From an uncultured virus (IMG/VR IMGVR_UViG_3300001580_000009) (taxonomy: Duplodnaviria; Heunggongvirae; Uroviricota; Caudoviricetes), in the IMG/VR virus record IMGVR_UViG_3300001580_000009: a stretch of DNA of 64,000 nucleotides; one strand, given 5' to 3'. The notes under the pieces were generated by a model. That model ran no database searches. It was given only the letters and a program-made list of their open reading frames with translations, and had not been told where the DNA came from. Below are positions 48,316 through 57,490 of the stretch, piece after piece (within the stretch, counting starts at the first letter, position 1; each line of letters starts with the position of its first letter). The position numbers and the translations under genes were made by a program.

Positions 48316-48433
48316 AAATTTTCCTTTTAAAAGTTGAAAATGTCCGCTTGATAACGGACCAGAATAATATTTAGTTAATTATTCATGTGTAAAAGAATAA
48401 CAGTTTTTACGCAGGGAATCAATGAGAAACGGG

Positions 48434-49426
48434 TTAATTTAAAACTAACGTTCCTGCATAACCCTTATTTACCGGGTCAGCAAGAACGATAACTCCGTTT
48501 GCGGTAGTTGCTATGCTTGCTTTATCTAAATTTGACGGTGGTGTTATCAAAGTCCAATTAATTTTATCGGTGCTCTTGGCATAATAATAAGTAGCTCCTA
48601 CGTTACCTATGATGAACCAATATCCATTCACATATGATAATGAGTTCACATTCCAATAAGCGGATACCGGCAATGTACAAGTCTGCCACGAAACCGCATC
48701 ATCAGTACTAAATTTCAGTGAGTTAACGCCTTGAGTTAAGGTATTTACCCAGAATACACTGTTGACATATTTGCTACCGAACGGATTGAATACGGTATTC
48801 GTTGAACTCCAAGTAACTCCGTTATCCGTTGACCTGAATGCTGCGCCAGAACTATTTCTGTAGGTGTTCAACCAAACTCCATTCCCGTATGTTAGGCAAT
48901 CACTTCCATCACCATAAGTCACTGTTCTAGATTGCCATGATACACCTGCGTCAGTGCTATATGCTAACGTAGTACTACTAAACGCGCCGGCTAAGAAAGT
49001 GCCTCCTCCACCGCCACAACCATACCAATATTGTAGTGCTGGCAATGTTCCACCATTCACCCATGTTAAACCGTTACTCGACCTGGCAGAAACGTTGCGT
49101 GTACTGTTTACCCCGGTCACAGCAACTAAATTTCCGGTTGACGCATCATACGCAACGTCACGATATTCACTTACTAAACCAGAGACATTGGCTAAGGTCC
49201 AGGTAGCACCGTTGTCGGATGAATACAAATTAATTGCCTGGTTTGAGCTAGTATTGTAGCCGAATCCGGTGATCACATTGCTGAAAGAATTATACCACAA
49301 CCTTTCAATAGACGCTGTAGCTAACGGTGCTGACAATGCGTATTCTGTCCATACTTCAGGAGCGCCTCCTGATTCTCTGATAATTCCAATACCACCTAAA
49401 ATTTGAATACCTTGACCTAATATCAT
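48434..49426 (-). CDS. BNR/Asp-box beta-propeller virion-associated protein
   Basis: Repeated S-x-D/N-x-G-x-T/S-W; start trimmed to MILGQG. Confidence 0.75.
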   Translation of the reverse strand: MILGQGIQILGGIGIIRESGGAPEVWTEYALSAPLATASIERLWYNSFSNVITGFGYNTSSNQAINLYSSDNGATWTLANVSGLVSEYRDVAYDASTGNLVAVTGVNSTRNVSARSSNGLTWVNGGTLPALQYWYGCGGGGGTFLAGAFSSTTLAYSTDAGVSWQSRTVTYGDGSDCLTYGNGVWLNTYRNSSGAAFRSTDNGVTWSSTNTVFNPFGSKYVNSVFWVNTLTQGVNSLKFSTDDAVSWQTCTLPVSAYWNVNSLSYVNGYWFIIGNVGATYYYAKSTDKINWTLITPPSNLDKASIATTANGVIVLADPVNKGYAGTLVLN

Positions 49427-49427
49427 A

Positions 49428-50171
49428 TTATACTCCGTAACGTCCGCGCAAAGCGTTGAAGTTTTGTGTAATTTCTGCCGAAGACAATGCTCGATTATAA
49501 ATGAATAAATTACCAACATTGCAATTTGATGCGTAAACTGAACTGGGATTACCAGCTGGTTTCCATGCAATAGTTGGGTTGAAGACATCCCAATAATTAT
49601 TCAATGATGCCGAATTATTAATTACTCCATTAATGTATATAGTACCATTGTTAATATTGTTTGAAGCCGCGATACAATACCAAGTATTCAGGTCTAATTT
49701 CGTAATTGAACGTACACCGTTCGGCGACGCAAATTCAGCGGAATGTTGTAGTTTAATAGTTCTGTCATCCATAAATAAAAATCTCATAGGGGAGGGCGTG
49801 CCGGAGCCACTATCGACGATTGAACTTCCATATCCCCCTATCAGTGTCGTATTAGTCAAAAAATTAACAAATAAAAATAATGTGTAATTTTGAGTTGTGC
49901 CTAAGTTTTGATTTTTTAAGATACTAGTATAATCATCAACCCCGTCGTATGTAAAATACCCGCCGGGTCCACTAGTATAAGTGGGATTATTTACTAGCGT
50001 GCCATTGTTCCCATTCCCACTTAAATCGTACCACGTTGTGCCTGCGCCCGAGTAACTAGCGGGATTTGCTGCATCCAAATTCAATACTAACCCGTCAGTG
50101 ACGATTGAAGATCCGCTTCCGCCTGTTACTACTAATCCACTGGTTATGTTTAATCCTGCGCCTAATAACAT
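49428..50171 (-). CDS. LamG/ConA-like lectin domain protein (tail-associated)
   Basis: IVTDGLVLNLDAAN..SY.G.GTTWYDLSG...YNRALSSAEI. Confidence 0.85.
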   Translation of the reverse strand: MLLGAGLNITSGLVVTGGSGSSIVTDGLVLNLDAANPASYSGAGTTWYDLSGNGNNGTLVNNPTYTSGPGGYFTYDGVDDYTSILKNQNLGTTQNYTLFLFVNFLTNTTLIGGYGSSIVDSGSGTPSPMRFLFMDDRTIKLQHSAEFASPNGVRSITKLDLNTWYCIAASNNINNGTIYINGVINNSASLNNYWDVFNPTIAWKPAGNPSSVYASNCNVGNLFIYNRALSSAEITQNFNALRGRYGV

Positions 50172-50209
50172 AGTTTTCCTATAAGTTTATAGTATATTTA
50201 TGACCATAG

Positions 50210-50309
50210 GAATAGGTCCCGAAGGACCTATTCTGGCTATTGGGTAAGAAGGTTGCCAACCCCCTCGGGTTTACGCTGTATTACGCTGCTAAATCATAAT
50301 TTTTGTCAT
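50210..50309 (-). pseudogene. displaced remnant of the tmRNA coding-piece 3' end (old tag ...DKNYDLAA* and terminator)
   Basis: GAC AAA AAT TAT GAT TTA GCA GCG TAA, then CGAGGG..CCTT..AATA.CC and a UUCG terminator, paralleling 51118-51215. Confidence 0.75.
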
Positions 50310-50338
50310 AATTTTATAAATAAAATAAAGGATAAATT

Positions 50339-51124
50339 ATGTTTTTGCCATATGTTTACATTGTAAGAAATCGAGTTGATAAAAAGTTTTATATCGGAAT
50401 GAGATCCGCAAATAAAGTAGTTGCTGAACAAGATTTAGGGATTCATTATTTTACTTCATCTAAGCATGTCAAAAATAATTTTTCAGATTACGATATAGAA
50501 ATCAAAGCATATTTCATAGATCAAATTTCGGCATTTGAATTTGAAAATGAATTAATAAAACAGAATTGGGGTGATCCTTTATTACTGAATAGACATTATC
50601 AAAAATCAATGTCTAAATTTTCTATGACTGGTGCTAAACGTGCGGATCTGGCTGAATATAATAGAAAAGCAAAATCTAAGCCTAAGGAAGAAAGAAAATA
50701 TCAATGCTCTAATTGCCAATCGGATTTAACTCGTATTGAATTTTGTCACCATAGTCCTAAGGAAAATTACTTCTGTGATGCTAAGTGTAGAAATCATTAT
50801 TTCATTTTCCAATCAAAAACCAAAAGTTCTTTATGTAAGCCGAAATTGAAAAAGGATTTCNTCATAAGGCCTTGTGAACGTTGCAAAAAATTATTTGAAA
50901 TGATTTCTACTTCTAAATCAAAATTTAAATGCTGCTCACAAAGTTGCAGAATGAAATTAGTTCTCAAAGNCGGTGGGCACCCGGCTTGGAATAAAGGGTT
51001 AGAAAATCCACAATCAGCAATTAATGGTAGAAATAGTGCTAAAAAACAATCAAAAACAGTAACTGGAAGAAAAAGAAAATATTTAGCAGACGGTACTTGG
51101 ACTTGGGAGTACCCAAACAAATAG
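50339..51124 (+). CDS. GIY-YIG-like (Seg-type) homing endonuclease inserted in the tmRNA locus
   Basis: YVYIVRN...KFYIGMR...YFTSSK...E..LI...LLN; Cys-rich C-terminus; TATAAATA at 50315-50322. Confidence 0.8.
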   Translation: MFLPYVYIVRNRVDKKFYIGMRSANKVVAEQDLGIHYFTSSKHVKNNFSDYDIEIKAYFIDQISAFEFENELIKQNWGDPLLLNRHYQKSMSKFSMTGAKRADLAEYNRKAKSKPKEERKYQCSNCQSDLTRIEFCHHSPKENYFCDAKCRNHYFIFQSKTKSSLCKPKLKKDFXIRPCERCKKLFEMISTSKSKFKCCSQSCRMKLVLKXGGHPAWNKGLENPQSAINGRNSAKKQSKTVTGRKRKYLADGTWTWEYPNK

Positions 51125-51143
51125 GGACCGAAGTCCCTATTTG
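51118..51143. terminator. probable bidirectional UUCG terminator between tmRNA and endonuclease
   Basis: CAAATAGGGAC-TTCG-GTCCCTATTTG. Confidence 0.75.
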
Positions 51144-51460
51144 GGTTATTCTTTGACAAGGGCACCACCCTCGCTATTAGGCGTTTGCTGCTAATAGATA
51201 TGTATCGTCGTTTGCAGATACTTGTTTTATGCGATTTACGGTCGTCACCTACCGTGTTGTCCACTCTGTTACTCTTTGCCCTGTCGAAACCAGTCACCCC
51301 CATCAAAAGCACACATTAAGCAGATATTACTTCACCACTATCATCTGTACCATCGCACTATTTCAGGTGAGTAGCGATGTATGTGCTTTTGGTGGAGGTG
51401 GGGAGAATCGAACTCCCGTCCAAGACCTGTTTCACTTCACTTCATACAACAATAACTTAC
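51118..51460 (-). ncRNA. ssrA: circularly permuted (two-piece) tmRNA
   Basis: Acceptor piece ...GGACGGGAGTTCGATTCTCCCCACCTCCACCA ends at 51390, then a self-pairing intervening segment. Coding piece starts GGGGGTGACTGGTTTCGAC at 51301. G3-U70 pair present. Tag ANDDTYLLAANA* at 51215-51177. Outer ends are approximate. Confidence 0.92.
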
Positions 51461-51466
51461 AGTATA

Positions 51467-51474
51467 TATTTATA
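51467..51474 (-). promoter_or_regulatory. T4-type late promoter for tmRNA
   Basis: TATAAATA. Confidence 0.75.
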
Positions 51475-51485
51475 CTCTAACCTAG

Positions 51486-51695
51486 TCAAACGTTTCGGAT
51501 ATCCTGTACCCAACCCAAACAAAAACCATTGTAAACAACTTTATCAACGATCATAAAGTTATACAATGGTTTCTTATATATAGTTTCGAGTTTATGTTTC
51601 AAGTCGTTCGGATCGGTGAAATCAAGTGGGTCAATTAACCCACTTGACTCAACTTGTTTTCTATTAATCAATAAATCTCTAGGAATAAATTTCAC
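51486..51695 (-). CDS. hypothetical protein
   Basis: 69-aa ORF with GTG start. Confidence 0.5.
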   Translation of the reverse strand: MKFIPRDLLINRKQVESSGLIDPLDFTDPNDLKHKLETIYKKPLYNFMIVDKVVYNGFCLGWVQDIRNV

Positions 51696-51713
51696 AAATA
51701 ATCTCTAAAGAGA

Positions 51714-54700
51714 TTATTTATATTTTTTGTTGAAATAATCCTGTAGCCAACTCCATTCATAGCTTAATTTCAACTTAGCCATGTCACCCTTCACTGATTC
51801 AAAGTACTCAATAGCGTCTTTAGCCCCATTGATACTATATTCGGCGAAGTCACCCTTAGCTTTAGTTAACCAATCACGCAATCTTTGCTTACTGACCTCA
51901 GAACTATCAGCATGAAGTTTCAACACTTCTCTAAATGCTGTACGCCAAGTACTGAACTCGTCAGTGTTAAACATCGCAACACCTGATAATATTTCAATTA
52001 CCTCGTGTTCGTCATCTAGGGTGAAGTCAAGACCTTTACTACCGTCATTAGCTAAAACAAGTTTCTTGTTGTAAGCAATCATAGCTTGGTGACCGTATAC
52101 TAAATCATTCACGGGGTTCTTCGCGTGAAAGATGTAATGCTTAGGTACTTGAAGCCTATCTGGTTGCCAACCCCAGTCAAACTTATTACTAACTTTTAAC
52201 TTAGCGAATACTGTGAACGCCCATGGGGTGTTACTTGCATTCACTGCTGCATGATAAGCTTGAACACGCCCATTAATACCGTCAACTCTTACAACACGAT
52301 TCGGTAAACCCTTAACTGTGTCTAATAGATGTTCATAGTTTTCATCAGCACACTTTTCGCCATTACTTAAGAATACAATGTCCATTGGATTACTAGACTG
52401 CAATCTACTAACTGGTTTAATGTATGGATAATCGTACAATTCTTTCTTGATGTAGTCTTTTACATCGCGAGGGACAGTGATACTTGTGCCACCTGAACTA
52501 GAAATAATGATGTTGCGTTTGTTAGGTGCCCATAATGCCATTGGTTCATCATTATTAACTTTGATATTTTGATTGTCTTCCGTAACTAATACAGCATACG
52601 GGAAATCAAACTCTTTGTTAACAATGTCAACATGTGTGTCACCTGTCACAATTACTGGAGCAGGCAAACGTCTAACTCTTTGATGTTGATTGTAGTTAAC
52701 CTTCTTGTATTCATCAAGTAATGTTAGATCATCAATCAATGTCTTAGTCTTTGTTACATCAACTAAGAATGTGTCACCGAACTTTTGCCTATCACTAGGG
52801 AACACATGTAGTTGATCTTTTGCGAATGGGTCAGGTACATAGTTAAATTGGAACTCTGTGTAGTCGCAAACACTACTACATATCCACAGATAGTTTTCTT
52901 TTCTGTCTGGAACACGATGTATAAAATTCTGGAATGTCTTTAGATAACTATCGTCAAACTTGACAACAGAAATATCCTTGTACAGAACCTTCTTCTTCAA
53001 TAACTCCAAAACTGTTTCAGTCTCTTTGTTACCGTGATCAACCAACACAATGTCATATAAGCAATTGGTAGCAATAGCAATACGGTTCTTAACAAAGTTA
53101 AGATTGCTCAAGTGTTCAATGATCTTAATGTACTTGGTATCATTAGCAAATGTTTCACGATTGACCATAAAGGTCGTGCCCCAATGTGACCACTGAGTAC
53201 CAAATACATGAACTAATTGCATCTGCCAGGGGTTAGGGTAATAGTTAAAATCAAAATTACTGTAATCTAAATTACTATCTAAAATCCAGCACAAATTACT
53301 ATCTGCTCTGTTAATACAACGATTGATTGTGTCAACCCATGTGTTAAGGAATCTAGTTTTCTGAATGCTAGGAAATTTAGCCTTCAATGCTTGGTAACGA
53401 TCATTACTTTGTACATTACCTCTATCTACAAAGAACATATCTGGTTTCTTGAATAGCTTGAATAATGTTTCGTCATCCAATGCTTTATCTTCGACCCAGT
53501 TGATATCTCTATGACCTTGTTCCCACATGTAGGCGTTAACAAAATATGTTTGAGTCAATTCACTTGCGCTAGAACCGAATGCGTGAACATATCTTGCTTG
53601 CTCAATACTAGGTCTCCAGTCAAAGTTAAAGTCTGAATAATCTAACTTAGGATTCAATGCCCAGAAGATTTCATTCGGGTGCTGTTTAACTAGGTCTTCT
53701 AATGTAGTTTCTACAAAATACTTCGGAATTACCTTAAATTCATCCTCTGTTTTTTCTTTTTCTACACGAACTAGCTTAACAACTTCCCCGTTGTTATCGG
53801 GGTGAATGTAACGGGGACCGTCTTCGTCGTTAGCAATAGTACCGAACTGATATATATAAGGTGGGCTACCAGGATCAGGGCGCCAGCTGAAATCAAATGT
53901 AGATACATCTATACCTTCTTTGATTTCCCATTTAGTCATATCCGGTAATGCATATGCGGTTATAGCATTGATATACTTCTTTTGAGTAGCACCGGGAACA
54001 CGATATTCTATAGTAGGTTCTTTTTCGGCAGAGAACCATTGGTTACCGAACACATAGATATAAGGAGGACTATCAGGATGGGGCACCCATGAATAATCAA
54101 ACTTGCTTTCATCAATTGGTATCAGAGGATACCAATTTGCCTTATTACGTTTCGTATTCCCCACAATATCAGTCATGTACTTGTACTGTGTTGCACCCGG
54201 TACCCTATACTCTGGTCCGCCTCGCTCATTCCATTGGGTCCCGAAATGATAGATGTACGGTTGCTCTGTTTCATCAGGGTGCCAACTATAATCAATTGAT
54301 TCCGGGTCTACGTTTGCCGGTACATGCCAATGATCGCGGTTAGGGAGCTTCTTCGCTTTTAATACTCGCGTATCAATGTACTTGACAAAACTAGTTTCAT
54401 CAGCATCAGGTCCTATATACTTAGGACCGCCCGTCTTTTGCCATTGAGTTCCAAATTGATAGACATAGGGTTGATCTTCAGCATAAGGATGCCAGCTAAA
54501 GTCAAAACTAGCAGTATCAATATCGTTCGGCACTACCCAATACTTCATTGAAGGAGCAGCTTTAGCGACAGGTTCATCCATGTACTTAACTTCAGTGGCT
54601 TCCGGTGCTATATATTTCGGACCTCCTGTTAATGCCCATTGAGTACCGAACTGATAAATGTATGGTTTCTCAGTGGCATCCGGGTGCCAGCTAAAGTCAA

Positions 54701-57482
54701 AACTCTTTACATCAATGTCTCTAGGAATTACCCAATTATTTCTGTTAGCTAATCTCTTAACACGACAGTTATCCATGTATTTAACTGGAGTGTTTTCGTC
54801 AGCATCAGCAGGAACATAACGAGGGCCGCCTGTCTTTTGCCACTGTGTTCCCCACTCATAGATAAATGTCGGATCTTTAGGATTTGGTTTCCATGTGAAA
54901 TCAAAATCAGTCGTATCAACGTCATCTGGTATATGCCAGTTGAGCATATCGGTATCTAATGTAGCAACCACATCATTGATATACTTAACCTGCGTTGCTC
55001 CGGGGACACGATATTCAATCGTAGGCATTATTTCAGCAGGATACTGATTATTACCGAACACATAGATATATGGCTCTTCCGTTTCATCAGGATGCCAGCT
55101 AAAGTCAAAATCTTTAATCTTTAGGTTATCTAGGATAGCGAATCTCTGTTTATTTGGCAGTCTAGTTGCCTTAAGAATTCTACTATCAATATACTTCACC
55201 GGTGAGGCAGTAGTGGCTCCGGGCGTTACGTACTTAGGACCGCCGGTCTTTTGCCATTGTGTGCCGAATTGATATACATATGGTTGGTCTTCTACGTATG
55301 GGTGCCAACTGAAGTCAAAACTTTCAGCATCAACATCATTAGGTACTACCCAATTAGTTCTATCCGGTAATGCAATAGCCATCGGGTATTCAACATATGT
55401 TGTCTCCGTAGCACCAGGCACTGTATAGATAGGACCACCAGTCATTGCCCACTGAGTTGCGAAATTATAAATGTATGCCGGACTAGTGTTGTCTGGGTGC
55501 CAGCTAAAGTCAAAGCCTGACACATCGCAATTTTTCGGAACAGTCCAATTCTCAGTAGTCGGCAATGCTTTAACCTGATGAGTCGTGACATACTTTGTTT
55601 CAGTGGCGCCATCTACAACATAACGAGGTCCACCAGTCTTCTGCCATTGTGTACCGAATTCGTAGATATATGCAGGATCTTTGGGATTTGGCTTCCAACT
55701 AAAATCAAAGCCAGTTGTGTCGATGTTCTCAGGGATTTCCCAATTAGACATGTCTACGTCTAGGGTCGCTACAATATCATTAACATATTTGATTTGCGTT
55801 GCGCCTGATACAGCATATTCAATCGTAGGCATGATTTCAGCCGGGTACTGATTGTTGCCGAACACGTAAATATAAGGTTCTTCAGTTTCATCAGGGTGCC
55901 AACTGAAGTCAAAATCTTTAATTTTAAGATTGTCTAATATAGCAAATCTCTTTTTATTGGGCAGACGTATTGCTTTTAAGATTCTAACATCAATATATTT
56001 AACCGGCGAGGCTGAAGTTGCACCCGGTGTCACGTACTTAGGGCCACCTGTCTTTTGATGTTGAGTGCCAAATTGATAGATATAAGGTTGATCTTCTACA
56101 TAAGGATGCCAACTGAAGTCAAAACTGGCTGCGTCAACATCATTAGGTACTACCCAATTGGTCCGGTCTGGCAATGCGATTGCCATTGGAAATTCAACAT
56201 ATGTAACTTCAGTGGCACCAGGCACAGTGTACGTGGGTCCACCGGTCATTGCCCACTGAGTTGCAAAATTGTAGATATATGCAGGGCTCGTAGAATCAGG
56301 ATGCCAACTAAAATCAAACCCAGTTACATCACAATTGACAGGGACGGTCCAATTTCCTCTAGAGGGAAGTGCTTTAGCTTTTTGAATATCAATGTACTTG
56401 ATTTCTGTTGCTCCATCTACTACATATCGCGGTCCACCTGTCTTTTGCCATTGTGTTCCGAATTCGTAGATATATGCAGGATCATGCGGATTAGGTTCCC
56501 AGCTAAAATCAAAATCACTTACGTCAACGTTGGCAGGAATTTCCCAGTTATCCATACATGGTTTGCGAATTGCTCGTTCTTCCATGTATTTGTATTCTGT
56601 TGCTCCTTCAACAACATATTGAATGCTGATTTTGTCTTCTGGTTTATTCCATTGGTTGCCCCATGCATATATATAGGGCGGACTCGTTGGATCAGGACGC
56701 CATGAATAATCTATACCGTGACTGTCTTCCAGATGCTGAAATAATTCTGATTTCGCAGCCAGCTTTGGCTGCATTCCATGCGTTTCTATAAATTTACGTT
56801 CGCCGGCGCCCGGCAAATGATACTCAATTGTGGGCATCACTCTGCCTGAATGCTGTTTATTCCCAAATACCCAAATTAGATTAGGCTCTCTTGGATCTGG
56901 TCTCCAAGTAAAGTCAAATGAACCTTCTTCTATATCTTCTAAAAAGACCCAACGTTCTTTTTCGGGTACTACCGCCACCACATCGGACATGTATTTTTCT
57001 TGAGTAGCGCCCTCTACATGATATTTAAGAGTTGGCTTTAATTCTGCAGGTATCCACTTATTACCCCACACATAGATATAAGGTGGACTTGTAGGATCCG
57101 GATGCCATCCAAAATCAAACTTAGATTCATCAATAGGTTGTAGTATTTCCCAATGTGAATTCTTTTCGTTCTTGCGCTTTAGCGGGTCAACGTCACCACG
57201 ATAGATAATTATATCGCTATCATTTTTGCTACACAACCATGTGCCACTATCTTTTTGGTAGACACTAGGCCATACATTATTATGATCTTCTGCCCATACA
57301 TCTTCGTCAGGCAGGAAATCGAAATCAAAATCCCAATCGAAATTTTTATAATCACAAAACTCGTTTATGATCCAAAAATGTTCAGTGGTAGATTGATTTC
57401 TAGCATCTTGGAGGGAGGTAGCGAATCTCTCTCTTGGGTGGACGTTGGGTTTTTTTCCGTAATAAAAGACATCTCTAAGCAT
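51714..57482 (-). CDS. giant repeat protein (about 20 FDFxWxP units) with glycosyltransferase-like terminal domains
   Basis: 1922 aa; repeats FDFSWHP...PYIYxFGxQW...GGPxY; C-terminal DIVFLSNGE...AWRTAFRE-like domain. Confidence 0.75.
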   Translation of the reverse strand: MLRDVFYYGKKPNVHPRERFATSLQDARNQSTTEHFWIINEFCDYKNFDWDFDFDFLPDEDVWAEDHNNVWPSVYQKDSGTWLCSKNDSDIIIYRGDVDPLKRKNEKNSHWEILQPIDESKFDFGWHPDPTSPPYIYVWGNKWIPAELKPTLKYHVEGATQEKYMSDVVAVVPEKERWVFLEDIEEGSFDFTWRPDPREPNLIWVFGNKQHSGRVMPTIEYHLPGAGERKFIETHGMQPKLAAKSELFQHLEDSHGIDYSWRPDPTSPPYIYAWGNQWNKPEDKISIQYVVEGATEYKYMEERAIRKPCMDNWEIPANVDVSDFDFSWEPNPHDPAYIYEFGTQWQKTGGPRYVVDGATEIKYIDIQKAKALPSRGNWTVPVNCDVTGFDFSWHPDSTSPAYIYNFATQWAMTGGPTYTVPGATEVTYVEFPMAIALPDRTNWVVPNDVDAASFDFSWHPYVEDQPYIYQFGTQHQKTGGPKYVTPGATSASPVKYIDVRILKAIRLPNKKRFAILDNLKIKDFDFSWHPDETEEPYIYVFGNNQYPAEIMPTIEYAVSGATQIKYVNDIVATLDVDMSNWEIPENIDTTGFDFSWKPNPKDPAYIYEFGTQWQKTGGPRYVVDGATETKYVTTHQVKALPTTENWTVPKNCDVSGFDFSWHPDNTSPAYIYNFATQWAMTGGPIYTVPGATETTYVEYPMAIALPDRTNWVVPNDVDAESFDFSWHPYVEDQPYVYQFGTQWQKTGGPKYVTPGATTASPVKYIDSRILKATRLPNKQRFAILDNLKIKDFDFSWHPDETEEPYIYVFGNNQYPAEIMPTIEYRVPGATQVKYINDVVATLDTDMLNWHIPDDVDTTDFDFTWKPNPKDPTFIYEWGTQWQKTGGPRYVPADADENTPVKYMDNCRVKRLANRNNWVIPRDIDVKSFDFSWHPDATEKPYIYQFGTQWALTGGPKYIAPEATEVKYMDEPVAKAAPSMKYWVVPNDIDTASFDFSWHPYAEDQPYVYQFGTQWQKTGGPKYIGPDADETSFVKYIDTRVLKAKKLPNRDHWHVPANVDPESIDYSWHPDETEQPYIYHFGTQWNERGGPEYRVPGATQYKYMTDIVGNTKRNKANWYPLIPIDESKFDYSWVPHPDSPPYIYVFGNQWFSAEKEPTIEYRVPGATQKKYINAITAYALPDMTKWEIKEGIDVSTFDFSWRPDPGSPPYIYQFGTIANDEDGPRYIHPDNNGEVVKLVRVEKEKTEDEFKVIPKYFVETTLEDLVKQHPNEIFWALNPKLDYSDFNFDWRPSIEQARYVHAFGSSASELTQTYFVNAYMWEQGHRDINWVEDKALDDETLFKLFKKPDMFFVDRGNVQSNDRYQALKAKFPSIQKTRFLNTWVDTINRCINRADSNLCWILDSNLDYSNFDFNYYPNPWQMQLVHVFGTQWSHWGTTFMVNRETFANDTKYIKIIEHLSNLNFVKNRIAIATNCLYDIVLVDHGNKETETVLELLKKKVLYKDISVVKFDDSYLKTFQNFIHRVPDRKENYLWICSSVCDYTEFQFNYVPDPFAKDQLHVFPSDRQKFGDTFLVDVTKTKTLIDDLTLLDEYKKVNYNQHQRVRRLPAPVIVTGDTHVDIVNKEFDFPYAVLVTEDNQNIKVNNDEPMALWAPNKRNIIISSSGGTSITVPRDVKDYIKKELYDYPYIKPVSRLQSSNPMDIVFLSNGEKCADENYEHLLDTVKGLPNRVVRVDGINGRVQAYHAAVNASNTPWAFTVFAKLKVSNKFDWGWQPDRLQVPKHYIFHAKNPVNDLVYGHQAMIAYNKKLVLANDGSKGLDFTLDDEHEVIEILSGVAMFNTDEFSTWRTAFREVLKLHADSSEVSKQRLRDWLTKAKGDFAEYSINGAKDAIEYFESVKGDMAKLKLSYEWSWLQDYFNKKYK

Positions 57483-57490
57483 ATCACTAC

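Noticed and set aside
51390..51425. Stand-alone tRNA gene
   Set aside because: Only a T-arm and the acceptor 3' strand are present, with no anticodon arm. It is the acceptor piece of the permuted tmRNA.
50797..51480. ORFs 50797-51312 (-) and 51229-51480 (+)
   Set aside because: They overlap the tmRNA and the endonuclease gene; spurious.
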